Below, piece by piece: positions 27,244-39,601 of a stretch of 64,000 nt of DNA; within the stretch, counting starts at the first letter, position 1, and every line of letters starts with the position of its first letter. Source of the DNA: Octopus sinensis (taxonomy: Eukaryota); the NCBI RefSeq assembly GCF_006345805.1, contig NC_042999.1, positions 108,686,001 to 108,750,000 of the forward strand, read 5' to 3'. A program made the position numbers and the translations under genes. A model generated the notes under the pieces. It had not been told where the DNA came from. It worked only from the letters and a program-made list of their open reading frames with translations, and did not search any database.

Positions 27244-28414
27244 ACCACTATTTAATGTAACACACACATCACTAGTAGAATCGTAGATACAAAAATCAAA
27301 TGGATGAATACTTCAGGATTGTCTATATAAATCCTTGCAAGCATTACAAATCAGAAATTTAAGTTTTTTGTAATCTCTGCATATGTTAAATGCCTTTAAT
27401 TGTTTTGTTGCCCTAAATTTTTTTCTTCTCACTTGAGAGCACTATATGTCTTTCAGTGGAGTTTACATGGCTTTGGTCTTGAACCAGTTGCACAGTTTTC
27501 CAGTCCATGTTTTTACAAGACACCATATGTGTGGATGGCCATTGGCTCACAGTGAGTTCATCCATCTTTTGACAGGTCATTTTTTTTAATTCTGCAGAGT
27601 GTCTACAACACACTCCTCACCTGGCAATCCATATGGGGGAACCAGTTTATTCACCAGTCACCCAACCATGTAGTATTGTGTTACACCTGCCCGAAGTGAA
27701 TACCTGATAATTAACAGAATCATTAGTATAGACTTCATCACCACGTGTATACCAATATTCCAAGCTCAAATACAATATTTCTATACTTATTTTCAATCTT
27801 TTGTTGATTCATTTACTTGTTCTTTTTATTTATGTCTAAACTACCTGTCTTCATTCAACCTTTTCTGCACGTCCACCTACATTGACCTTCATTTCTGACT
27901 TCATATTGAAGTCACTAAAATTACTTTTCATTTCACAATAATCTAACTACACTTTCACTATTCAAATTCAATCTTGTTTTAGATATACATTATGATGAAC
28001 TGAAGTAGGCCACATTTAATTCCTCCTTCTAGCTGTTAGGAATTTTCTATCTTTACTCTCTCTTATATATATATATATTTGGCTGTTGGTTGCTTATATT
28101 GTCAAATGAACAAGTACATTTAGTGCATTTAAAATGTAGATTCAGTAGCTGTTTATCTAAACTTTTTGTCTATATTTCATGTCCACAAATTGTATTGTAC
28201 TTCCTGTGTAGTACTGGTTTCTCACACTGAAACAAGATTATAAATTCATAAGGAAGGTGTGCCTCGTATATATTTTATCAACCCTTAACGGAGAGAGTGA
28301 CAAAATCAACTCAAGCAACATTTGAACTGAGAAAACAGGAAGACATAACTAAGTAATCAAAGGCACTATTGTACCTACAAGCTGTGTTTTTACTGCTTAT
28401 ATATTTATTAAAAT

Positions 28415-28680
28415 ACGGTTCTGGTGCCACATAAAAAATACCCAGTCCACTGTAAAACAGATGGCATTAGGAAGGGCATCTGGTTGTAAAAACTATGCTA
28501 AAGTAGACCTTATCAGTACTGGTATCACTTGAAGAGCACCTGGTTCACTCTGTAAAGCAGTTTGCTTTAGGAAGGGCACCCTGCTGTGAAACCATGCCTA
28601 AACAGACAGTGGTGGTTGGTGCAGTCCTCTGGCTTGCCAACTCATGCCTACATGGAAGACAGTCGTTAAATGATGATAAT
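28415..28680 (+). mobile_element. Retroelement 3' fragment (family D; ggcattaggaagggcatc ... cgttaaatgatgat tail)
   Basis: Same motifs as 53215-53495 and, on the minus strand, 49527-49730 and 44745-44960. Confidence 0.65.
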
Positions 28681-29202
28681 ATTAAAATACTGTCTAATTT
28701 TGGAAAGATCATTTCTTAGAAAAATACTCTTACTTGCTCTGACTTGAAATACGATGAGCCTATATGTAGTTGCTTGGCTTGCTAGATAAAGCAGTCAAAT
28801 TTCACATAAATTACATCCACCTTAAAGAAAAAGGACATTTTGGATGGTGTAATGTCTGGCTTACAAAAATATGGAATGATCATGGCTAGAATGTTTTTGC
28901 TCATAGGTTTGTTTAATCCAGGCTGACTTTGGGTTAAACAACTTGAAATGGCTCTGGTATATTTATGATAGTATATCACTGCTGAAGTACTGACCTGCCA
29001 AACAGAGTTTCCCTGTTCTATGTTAAATTTAGTCAAGTGGTTATATATCATATTACCCCATTTTTTTCATGTGTTATCTCTACAAGTACTCAAAGAAACC
29101 ACAGCTCACCTTTAACATTGGGTGTGATATCATATAGATTGCACATATCAAAATAAATTGTCTCTTGAAGTAATAGAAAGGAAAAAAAAAGCTTAAGTCA
29201 AC

Positions 29203-29241
<39 letters not shown>

Positions 29242-30109
29242 TCAATACATTATATATATATATACACAATTACTTGAAACAAAAATGGTGTACATGACTT
29301 TAAGGAATATTTTGAAATTTCTTAACATTGCTATTTGTAGCAATTGCAACTATTTGCAAGGCAAATGATCTCTGTAGGTTTTCTATCTAAACGTTTTCTT
29401 TCTTGCATCTCACTATCCCTCACCTTTTCTCTCTCTCTTTCTTCATGTCTTCCCTTCTTTCAGTTAATTCATACATCAAAAACTGGCAAAAATAACAATA
29501 AACTAACTTCTTTATGCAGGTTATAACCCAAGTATAAAATCTCATCAATTGAAATGCCAGAAAACGATCTTGTAAATATAGTTGTATATAAAATTATGTA
29601 AAATACAGAAAAGATTGAAACACTTTTTATCATTCTTTTTTTTTTTAAACTAGGTATGTGAGAATAAAATAGATACTTGGAATAAAAAATATCCAACAAG
29701 TTAATGATTTTTTTTCTTCTACAATCTTCACAGTCTAGATCATATATCTTGTTTATCTTGTATCTCAATTACTAATTGTATTTTTTTTTTATGATATTTT
29801 AATTTCTAATTTTCTGTGCAATTATTTAGCAATTGATACAGATTTATCTCAGATATTGTTTCCTCAAAAAGAATTAAGGTACTAGAGAAAAATAATTCTC
29901 TTTATATTTACACTATCAGTATAGAAATTTAATCAGTCAGCAATAATTATGACATTAACAATTAAATTATGTTTTATGATAAGATAGTCTGTTTCTGGTT
30001 AATTTGTATATTTTGCAGAACTTGGAAACCACTTAAATTCATAAAAGAAATATTATCATGAAATTTAATATTAATACCAATATATTAATTTAAACTTTAC
30101 CAATCAACT

Positions 30110-30312
30110 TAGGGATCCTGTATGTGGTTGCTCACCTTTCTAATAATAGATGAACCTCCCTAAAATCATGTTCTGCTGTCTTTTAAAAAAAATGATGGAA
30201 GATTACATTGAATAATACAATCCTATATCTGAAAAAAAAATGGGATAGCCACACTTAGAGTGCTCTTCATAATATGCCTTTTGTATTGGGTCTGATTTAG
30301 GGCTAAACAACA
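30110..30312 (-). repeat. Old interspersed repeat (family E), one of many copies
   Basis: Homologous to 52575-52775 and 48110-48530 in the opposite orientation. Other copies near 225-420, 2520-2685, 3715-4030, 8400-8850, 21065-21200, 22860-23030, 30720-30920, 35805-36075, 54660-54835. Confidence 0.65.
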
Positions 30313-32998
30313 ACTAAAGGTGATGGGCTTGTTCTACCATTCATAAAATTCCTAACACCTAAATTTCTATTGTGTCTCAGCAAGATCTTGATATTCCCAA
30401 AATGAAATACTTCTTGAATATTTGTGCAGATTTCCCCACCCCCAAATACAAAATCAAATGTGGAGTCTGGTTGATGATGCTTCCTTTGAATCACTTTAAC
30501 CTTTTTTCCATCTTTTGAATGGTTGAAAGAGGCTAGTCTGATCTCTTCCTACCATTACTTCTATAAAAATTGTTCAGATGAACTTCATTCGCTGGTATCT
30601 CTAGAGTTTATTTGGTGGCATTATTAGCTACCTCTCTTTCTCCTAACACTTTGAACAGAAGTGGCCTGTAGACTTGCTTGGAATAATTTTTGAGTAAAGA
30701 AAAAAAAGAACAAAAGCAAACCAATAACAGAGCTTTGGTGTAGTAGCTCAACCTTGGAAAAGCTACATCTCTCTCAAATCAAATCTTCAGCTTTAAAAAG
30801 AGAAATATGCACTGCTTATATAGACCAAAATACAGTATCACTGTAAAAAAAAGAGGGAAAAATACAGGTTGGTCACATCTAAAACACCTTTGATCAGAAG
30901 TCAGAATTTACCTAGCATTAAATAGCAATGCTTAAACATGGAATTTTTCCATCAATGTCAGCAAAATCAGTGACAGTAGCTACTGGTGCAATATGCTTGA
31001 AATTAGGAAAGAAACTATATGACCCTCCCTGCCAGCACTTTCCCTGGCCATATTTATGTTAGTAGATAAACTCAAATCTACAAGTCAAATGGATTTGGTT
31101 GATGAAAGCTGAATATCTTTGCTGGAGATAGTGAAACACCTGTGACATGATACACATTAGTTGTTCTTCAGCTAGATGTCTCATGCATACCATAACATTT
31201 CAACCACCAGCAGTTATATTCAAACAGATTTATCAAATTTATATTGTATCCCAAATATTCAAAGTAATTGAATAGTTTGATAATTGTTAGTTAATATCAT
31301 CATATTTCAAATTATTTGTAAAATGACTGGAAAAAATGAAAAGAGAAACATTTAATTTATAGCAAGATAATGTTGTGTATAGAACCAAAACGTTTTTCTT
31401 GCATTTCCCCAAAGGCATGTGCTTTATTTATTGTTTTTTTTTTTGTTTTAGATTTAGTGAAGTTAAATTATGTCAATTTCTAATTTTCAAAAGAGGCTTT
31501 AAACTGATCATATGCACATTTGCACTTAATTTAATATTTTGTTTTGTGTTTATTTCATAAAATTAGGTATTTATATTTTGTAGTGTGATTGTCCTGTACA
31601 ATACTGGTACTTCTTTTGTCAGAACTATTTCAGTGAGATTTGAACACAGAAAAGTGAAGCTAGATACTATGACATACTTTTGACTGATTCTATATTGTCT
31701 ATAGTTATATGTTTTTCTCTATTATATCTTTGTCTGAACAGGAGAGACTGTAATCATAGCTTAGAGTGTTGCCTAAGGATAACTGATTTTAATGTGGTTA
31801 AAGTTCAATTTAAAATGTCTGATATCATGTACTATTAAAAATAATCTTACCAGAAGAAAGTAATTTAAAGAAAATTGAAGTCGTTTAAAAAGAAATCTCT
31901 GTAATCATTTTACAAAAGACCGATATACAACATTATTCAAGATTTTTGTTCAGTAATGATCCATAAGATTAATGTTTTTGATTAGAAAGTATTTTAATAA
32001 TTCATTTGTGTCCTAAAAGTAAGGAAATTAGAAACCAGATTTGTTGATCCCCGTTTTTGGTTGTTGTAGGTCATTAACTGACAAAACCATATATGAATGA
32101 GCACTTTCTGTCCATTGTGAATGAAGGCTGTGGAATGAATGGAGAACCTCTATAGAAGCTATATCAATATTGTATGTGTAGTTGTTATAGTAAAATTTCA
32201 TATCAAGGACAGCTGCTTGATGCAATTACATAGGGAGTTCCTATGAGTAACAATTATGATAATAACATGTTCATTTATTTTCTTTTGTGTTCATTTCTAT
32301 TTAATTTCCCATTTCCTTTATAAACAGGATTCTGCTGTTAAGTGATTACACTGAAAATGAAGTCTGTAATGTTTTCTTTCCTCCTGAATTTGTATATATA
32401 TCATTGAATTTTCTGAGCTATAACTTTACATTTTACTTTATATTTTAACAGTCTCTTATATTTGACTTGTTAAAGTGATTAGGTTTTAAATAATGTTTTT
32501 GTGAAGGCCATTACCAGCATTTCAGCAGGAAAAAAAGAAATTTGAATCTTGTTTAATCTTAATGAACTATATCTTTTTGATATTACAATAATTGAGCATT
32601 AGTCTTTTATCTCACTGAAAGCTGGTTGTTAAAGGACTATTGGTGAAAATAATGTTATTGATTATTCTCCATTACACTCATTCAAAGTATTTAATAACAT
32701 TTCTTTGCATCAACTTGTCTTAGTAAGTCCACACAGAAGAGATCTAAATCAAAAAGAACATATCGATTAGATGGTTGAATGTTATTACAGTACAGTAATA
32801 CCATGCCAGGAATATTTCCAAGAGTGGTACTTTAGGAATGAGCATACCAAATTTAGCAGCCAGGTCGAGTTTCAGTGGTAGTCAGCAAATTGATGTTGTG
32901 ATTGACTAAAGATTAAATCAAACAATGGAAAAGCCTGAATCGTATTCTGATTTCAGCTTACAATATGTACTTCAAGAACCCATCCATTTTAGTGGTAA

Positions 32999-33000
<2 letters not shown>

Positions 33001-33054
<54 letters not shown>

Positions 33055-33080
33055 AGAGAGAGAGAGAGAGAGAGAGAGAG
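33001..33080. repeat. Self-complementary compound microsatellite (CT)n(AT)n(AG)n
   Basis: About 11 CT, 14 AT and 14 AG units in palindromic order. Confidence 0.95.
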
Positions 33081-33103
33081 CTACATACTTCAAGAATCCA
33101 TTC

Positions 33104-33138
<35 letters not shown>

Positions 33139-33157
33139 GGATGGATTGATGGATGGA

Positions 33158-33395
33158 AGTATGTGGTGTAGTAGTTAGACTGTTGCATTCCTGATCATAA
33201 GGTTGTTATGGGTTTTGATTCCTGGATTAGGCAATGCATTGTGTTCTTGAACAAAACACTTCAGTTCACATTGCTCTGGTCCACTCAGCTGGCAAAAGTG
33301 AGTAATCCTGCAATGGAGTGGCATCTGGTCCAGAGGAAGGAATATATATTCCACATAATCCAGGAAACTGGCCTATGAGCCTATGGTTTGGGAAG
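33158..33395 (+). mobile_element. tRNA-derived SINE (family C head) with V-domain-like 3' part
   Basis: Family C core ttcacattgctctggtccactcagctggcaaaa followed by cctgcaatggagtggcatctggtccagagg, resembling the V-SINE domain (cctgcgatggactggcatcccgtccaggg). Confidence 0.7.
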
Positions 33396-33546
33396 GCCCT
33401 TTCATTTTCTTTTTTCTTTTTTACTTTATTTTTTGGGTGATAGAAAACCGGTCAGAATGTTATTGTTGGTTTTGCTTCAATATTGCTACTAGAATATATT
33501 AATAACTCTTCAGGTATGCGAACTGGAAGCATATATATTACATATA

Positions 33547-33763
33547 CGAGGAAGTGCTGAAAAATTCCTGGCTTTAAGGGTATTGTGAAAGGCCTGGTTG
33601 GAGGCTCAACGTTCTGAGTTCTTTTACAAGGCTTAGAAAAACTGAAAGACCACTGCAATAAGTCTGCAAATCTGAGAGGGGAATATGTTGGATAAAATCA
33701 TAATTAACTGATCCTCGTGTATTTTCTTTCACCCAAAGCCAGGAACTTTTCAGCACCCCCTCA
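33547..33763 (+). mobile_element. Mariner-derived MITE (217 bp)
   Basis: TA on both sides; approximately 29-bp TIRs CGAGGAAGTGCTGAAAAATTCCTGGCTTT / AAAGCCAGGAACTTTTCAGCACCCCCTCA. Internal remnant FLQGLEKLKDHCNKSANLRGEYVG* resembles the mariner transposase C-terminus. Confidence 0.9.
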
Positions 33764-33922
33764 TATCCCTCTCATACCATACTCAAGTCTTTGGAAAGCA
33801 TGCACTGAGCAATTTTGATACTCAACAAAATGATTTTATTCAGTTTCACATAAATCACAAACTTAACTTCTTTTTACAAGTATACCATTGTTTCTCTCTC
33901 TCTCTCTTTCTCTCTCTCTCTT

Positions 33923-33956
<34 letters not shown>

Positions 33957-34567
33957 GCTGGTCACTGTGTAACCTCAAATACAAATTTTATTTCCTCTTT
34001 TAAGGGTTTTAGTCATCTCTGTTAACCACAGTACTTTGGTATTTCTTTTATCAACCTTGCAATAATACTGTTAGAGATTTTTCGATCAAAACTAAACAAG
34101 CAAACACACACACTTACATAAGGCAGTCTGTCAGATACTTTCATCTACTGAATTTCACTTATAAGACATTAGCTGACCTAAAGCTAAGACATTTGCCCAA
34201 AGTACCACACAGTATGATTGAACCAGGAGCCTGTTGTTGCAAAGTAAAGTTTTTAAACCAATCAACCCTTCTTGTACTCACAAGACATATGTTACTCTGT
34301 CCCTTAATTTCACTGCTCCACTGGATTTCGCATAATTAGAATTTATATCCAATGTATCATATATAACATGTCTATGTACATATTGATTTTATAAAGAACA
34401 ATAATATTCTATCGACAAATGAAAGGATAGCTGAGAAAAATATGAATTGCATACAACCAAAATATGGATTTACTTGTTATGTAGGAAGTAATTTCAGGAT
34501 TTGAAATACTCTCTTCTTTCAGTTATTGTATGGTGTAGTTTTTGATGTACTTTTATTTCCATTTCAG

Positions 34568-34741
34568 ATCCTGATGCAATTCGTAATCTGAAAAGCATGG
34601 AAGGATTTATGGACAATTGTCCATCATGTCATTTACCATTTGACAAAGGCAAGAAACGGCGCCTTATTGATTCCTGTGGTCATGAGCGCTGCTATTCTTG
34701 CATGTTTAATGTGGAGCAGTGTCCGCTCTGTGAAAATACTG
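34568..34741 (+). CDS. TANC2: Exon encoding the N-terminal C3HC4 RING finger of a TANC/rolling pebbles (rols)-family scaffold protein
   Basis: Acceptor ttttatttccatttcag|ATC at 34567/34568 and donor ACTG|gtaagt at 34741/34742; 174 nt, phase 1-1. Translation (D)PDAIRNLKSMEGFMDNCPSCHLPFDKGKKRRLIDSCGHERCYSCMFNVEQCPLCENT has C-x2-C-x15-C-x-H-x2-C-x2-C-x6-C-x2-C spacing. The FDKGKKR.LID.CGHERCYSCMF string is recognised from invertebrate TANC/Rols proteins. The start may be ATG 34597 or an upstream exon, since the frame is open to the acceptor. The symbol denotes the family, not 1:1 orthology. Confidence 0.9.
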
Positions 34742-34951
34742 GTAAGTTCACTGCTACTTATATATTTACTTGTCCAACAAACAGTAACCTTTCCACTTAA
34801 TATATCTTATAGCTACTGTTACTATAATGTAATCAAGTCTCTTAATCATATCATTTGTTTCTTTCTGTTGCAATTGTCATAGTAATTTAGCAAATATAAG
34901 ATAATTTTTTTTGTTTTTCATAATTTGATTTTAAAAAATCATTCTTTGCAG

Positions 34952-35164
34952 CAAACCCTGCCAAAACAAATGGACATTTTTCACGTCAGAGTAGTGTAGA
35001 GTCAGCTGTATTCACTCACCACCGACCTAAATTAAAAACAAATGGACATTTTACCACTTATATGCAGACTCGAATGGATATATCACCTACACCAGCAACA
35101 GAAACGAATCCTTTTTTATCACAACCTTCTCCTAAACTGGCCAGTCGAAACACAGGACAATCTG
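34952..35164 (+). CDS. TANC2: Next coding exon of the TANC/rols-like gene (S/T/P-rich linker)
   Basis: Acceptor attctttgcag|CAAAC and donor TCTG|gtaagt; 213 nt, stop-free and in frame with the RING exon across a 210-nt intron: ANPAKTNGHFSRQSSVESAVFTHHRPKLKTNGHFTTYMQTRMDISPTPATETNPFLSQPSPKLASRNTGQS. Not listed in the ORF track. Confidence 0.85.
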
Positions 35165-38100
35165 GTAAGTGGCAAACATTTCTTTGCAATAATTCTCACT
35201 TGAGAGACATTGTGCTTCCTTTAAAAAGATGAAAAGAATTTTATAGAACAGAACCTGGTTTTGTTTTGTTGTTTGTTTGGAATCACTGATTTTTATTGTG
35301 CCTTCAATATTTGATTGTTCAGCTCTCAGGAATCCAAGGTACTTGATAAAATCCAATTCAGTTACAGATTTTTTTGCAGATTTTTTTTTTTAATGTCTTT
35401 GATAGAAATTTACTAGTATTTAATAAAGAATTTGTAACAATATTACATTTTCTTTGATGAGTTCCCGAAATCATAGATTACTTATATTGTTGAATGTATA
35501 CAGGAAAGATTACTTCACAATGTGAATATGTAATGTCTATAAATGAAATAGTATATTGGATGGAAAAGTGCAGTAAGTTTATATTGGAAGTAACCAAAAT
35601 AGAAGTAGCAAACATGGTAATGTTTGTAAAGAAGTTTAAGATCTGATAACTCTTAAAACCTGTTGAGAAAATGACGATGAAGTATTTCCTGAGGATCACA
35701 AGCTGTATTACTGATCTTTTCCTTCAGTTTTGTGTGTCTTTGTTATCTTGCGCTTTGAAAAAAGATAAATTCTCAATGCATCATTCAAGAAAAGTTGTTG
35801 CTGTTGTTGTTGCTTAGCCATAAGTCAGTCCACATTGAGCAGATCCTTGATCAAAGGTTTTCCAGCTGTGATCAATGCTGTTTTGTTTCAGGTTGTGAAT
35901 TATATTATCCAATGTGTCCTTCCTTTTCTTGTATGATGCAAACATGAAACAAAAACCAAAGTGAAAAAGTCTCTAACTATTCAAATCAGCCTGCTGGAAA
36001 TAGCTGCCAAATCTCCCTCACGCTACATCCTAGTCTAAAACATGGCAGGACACATTTGATAATGTATTCTTAGATTCAGTAAGATTCTGTTGATATTTGT
36101 ATAACACCATTATACTCTGAGGTGACATCTGATCAAATATGTCATTTATGTTTTAACTTCTCTTAATCTTAGCATTTTGCTGATCTCACATCAATTTTTG
36201 AAGCATCTCAAATCTCACTTAACATCATCTGACCAGTATTCCTTTATGCATTCCTATAGATCAATACCATCTCCATGTAAACGAAACCTTGTTTTAACAA
36301 CTTGTCCTCAACAAATTACCAAACCAATGTGGATTTTCTAAACTAAGATGTATTCATATTGGCAATGTATGCTACTTCACTCAGACTAATAGTATACTGT
36401 GTGTCAGTGGAGCTTAAACATCCACACACATGCATGCATATGTGTGTGTGTGTCTTCTCAATCATAGATTTCTTTCCTCTGTGCATCAGTAAAGACTAGT
36501 AGTCATCTAAAAAGATATGAGAAATTGTCTTTTACCTAATCGCTGATATCGAAACTACTTTATGCTATTCAGATTGCATTCCATATTTCAGATGGACAAA
36601 TGATAAATGTAAAACATCCAGCCCATGCATACACAGACACATACATAATCAACACACACACACACAAAAACACACGCGCACACATATATAAGAAAGTTAA
36701 TATTTGACTCTGATTGTTGTTGTTTTTCATTTACTTTAAATTGTTACATATGGTTATTAATGAAGTCAGAATTTTTTTTTTTTTTCATATATATTCTGAA
36801 GATCAAAATGTATAGAACAAGAAAAAGTAAGCAAATGACATTAGAGAAATTCAGATATTCTCCTGCAAATATCTGTTAATTGTTACATTGAAATATTTCT
36901 TTTAATTTGTTAGAAAAGTATGAGAGAAGTTTTTCTTTACATGCCTGTTTAAAAGAAATAAATCAAGTTATTGATTTTATATCTCTTTGATTTCTGAAAT
37001 GAGCCATTTTCACTTGAGACCAGCTATACTAAGGTGTAAGTGCAAGAATCTGGGGATTCATTGATAGAGATGCCATTTAAGGAATAACTAAAGTTACGTT
37101 TTTGAGTTATAGGCAAGATCATATCAGTTTGGTCCTTTTTTTTTTTTTTTTTTTTTGTAAGGAATAGTAAAGCATAGAATCTGAGAAATGTTATGTTGGT
37201 CTAAATCAGCAAATATATTCTATGTCATGGAGAAAAAGAAGAGGAGTCTAACATTTCAGACAGAAAGAAAAGTTGTTTACTTGTGTTCCTGGATTAGGAG
37301 TATTCAATCTCTATTCAGAATATATTTGTGATAACCAAAGATACAATGTTTAAGTATCTTATCATAGATAAGAGTATCTTTAAGGACTTTTTTCATTACT
37401 GCTTTAATACCTCTCAAAATGTATATAAACATGATTTTTGAACAGCTAATAGCTTCAAGTAACAAGAATATACAATCTCAGTTGTACTTCATATAAACAG
37501 CCAAATGCTCTTATTTAAATCCTGGTTCCTAGCATCGAGTGCATTTCAGATTCTATAGAGTGATTACAAATGGCTTAATTTCTTGTTCACATAACCCATT
37601 TCCACTTTGAATCTCCAATCTGTTTTGAGCCTTTAGCCATTTCTTATCTTTTATTTATACGCTTCTCTTCCATTTACAACAAATACAATGGTAATCAACT
37701 TACAATGTACTTAGGCTGTTGCAGAATAAAATTTATGTTGGCTTCAACTGTACATTTATTTTATCGTAACTATGGCACAGGGAATTTTAATGATTATTTC
37801 ACACTGTCCAAAGCTATTCAGTGTGCTGTGCATACTGGTATTCATCAAATGTTCATCGATATTTATTTAGTTGACAATAAACAAAACCTAAATTAGAATG
37901 AACTTATTTAACGAGAATGTTTTCTCATGCAGCGTATTAGCTTCTCTAATTGAATGAAGCTTACAGGATCAATGAAAATAAATTACATTCTCTTTTTTAC
38001 ATCGTGTGACAATTTGACATTGAAAGCTTATAACTATTTTGTTCATTGGCTTTCTTAAATTTAAAATATTACTCAGAAACCTAAATATAAGTTGCTACGA

Positions 38101-38769
38101 AATCATCCCAAATATTCCCAATGTGAACTTTCTTAGGATTATCTTATTCCATTTCGAAAGTAACAATAATTTCAAATGATTTGAAAATATTAAATATTAT
38201 AAAATCTGGGAACTAAACCATTAATAAACAAATATGATATATTAATGAAATTGTTTAACATAAGGAACAGACATCATGATAATTGAAAATAGTTGTGATA
38301 TGTCTTCACAAAATAATTGAAAATTATAAAACCATTTATAGTTAATGATCTCACTATTAATTTAACATTAACTATTTATAATTTGAAGCTGTAGCATTTA
38401 TTTTATGTTGTAAATAAGGTTTCGTAATTTTGAATCTAATATCCAAAACAGCTATTCATTAACCCCTCTTTTACAATAGATGAAATTGACTGAAACATTG
38501 AAATTCCTCATTCAGTCCATTTGATATCAAACTGAGACTGACCCTAGTTCCATAGTATAAACCCTCCCATTTTAAAGTTTTCACATTTAAATTAAAAGCA
38601 GTCATTGTAATTTTATATTAGAACCTTTTGTTTTCTTGTTATTAGATGCACAGCTTAATAATGAAAATTAGAAATGATCTTTTTCTCTTCAATATTCTTG
38701 ATGTTTTTCTCTGTAAATAGGATATAAACAGTGTAGGTTATTTGAGATATGCTCTCTCCCAGTAAATTT

Positions 38770-38978
38770 TTTATTTCTTTATTGTCACAGGGGGTTAAAT
38801 AGAGAGGGGACAAACAAAGACAGACAAAGGGATTAAGGTGTGTAACTGGTACTTATTTAATCGACCCTGAAAGGATGAAAGGAAAAGTTGACCTTGGCAG
38901 AATTTGAACTCAGAATGTAAAGGAAGACGAAATACTGCTAAGCATTTCGCCCGGCGTGCTAATGATTCTGTCAGTTCG
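38770..38978 (-). mobile_element. Meta-domain-type SINE (family B)
   Basis: ctggtacttatttaatcgaccctgaaaggatgaaagg...gaatttgaactcagaa...ttcgcccggcgtgctaa. Confidence 0.88.
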
Positions 38979-39106
38979 AAGGGGTTGGTGAGTGATGAAC
39001 ATGGTAAGAATAAATGGGTCTAGTCTGAGCATGTAATTGAGGCCCAGGAATTGACAACTGAGAGAGAGCACTTGTTGAGTCAATTTAATTGCCTAAACTG
39101 TCTCAC

Positions 39107-39335
39107 TTATTTCTTATTTCTTTATTGCCCACAAGGGGCTAAACATAGAGGGGACAAACAAAGACATTAAGTCGATTACATCGACCCCAGTGCATAACTG
39201 GTACTTGATTTATCGACCCCGAAAGGATGAAAGGCAAAGTTGACCTCGCCGGAATTTGAACTCAGAACGTAATGGCAGACGAAATACTACCAAGCATTTC
39301 GCCCGGCATGCTAACATTTCTGCCAGCTCACCACC
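39107..39335 (-). mobile_element. Meta-domain-type SINE (family B), young
   Basis: CpG-rich and colinear with 38770-38978, sharing the tail variant tttctttattgcccacaaggggctaaac. Confidence 0.9.
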
Positions 39336-39601
39336 ATATATAAACTGACTCACTTGTAGCCTTGTGCTTACATAAGAAATCATCACCATTATCAATAATA
39401 TTAATTCCATCATTTTTATCATTTTTAATAATCTCTGTACATACCATTTAAAGATAACAAAAGAAATTATGATTAATGTGATGGCAGCAGTATTGTTATT
39501 GTTTAGTTTCAGTTTATCCCTGATCAAGTTCTAGCTATGACTTTCCCATCTTAGTTTTCAGTCTTTGAATATCTAGACTATATTAATATTAGGAGTGTGA
39601 C

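Noticed and set aside
32328-32365. Possible upstream TANC exon (strong pyrimidine tract, cag|GATTC...ATGAAGTCT|gtaatg)
   Set aside because: The donor is weak and the ATG would splice in phase 0, out of frame with the RING exon; at most an untested non-coding or uORF exon.
34597-34800. 67-aa single-exon RING microprotein as given in the ORF track
   Set aside because: A consensus donor at 34742 and an in-frame downstream exon show that the last 19 residues are intron read-through.
39210-39527. 105-aa ORF with hydrophobic stretches
   Set aside because: The C-terminal part is the family B SINE read in sense and the rest is AT-rich low-complexity sequence; no splice or homology support.
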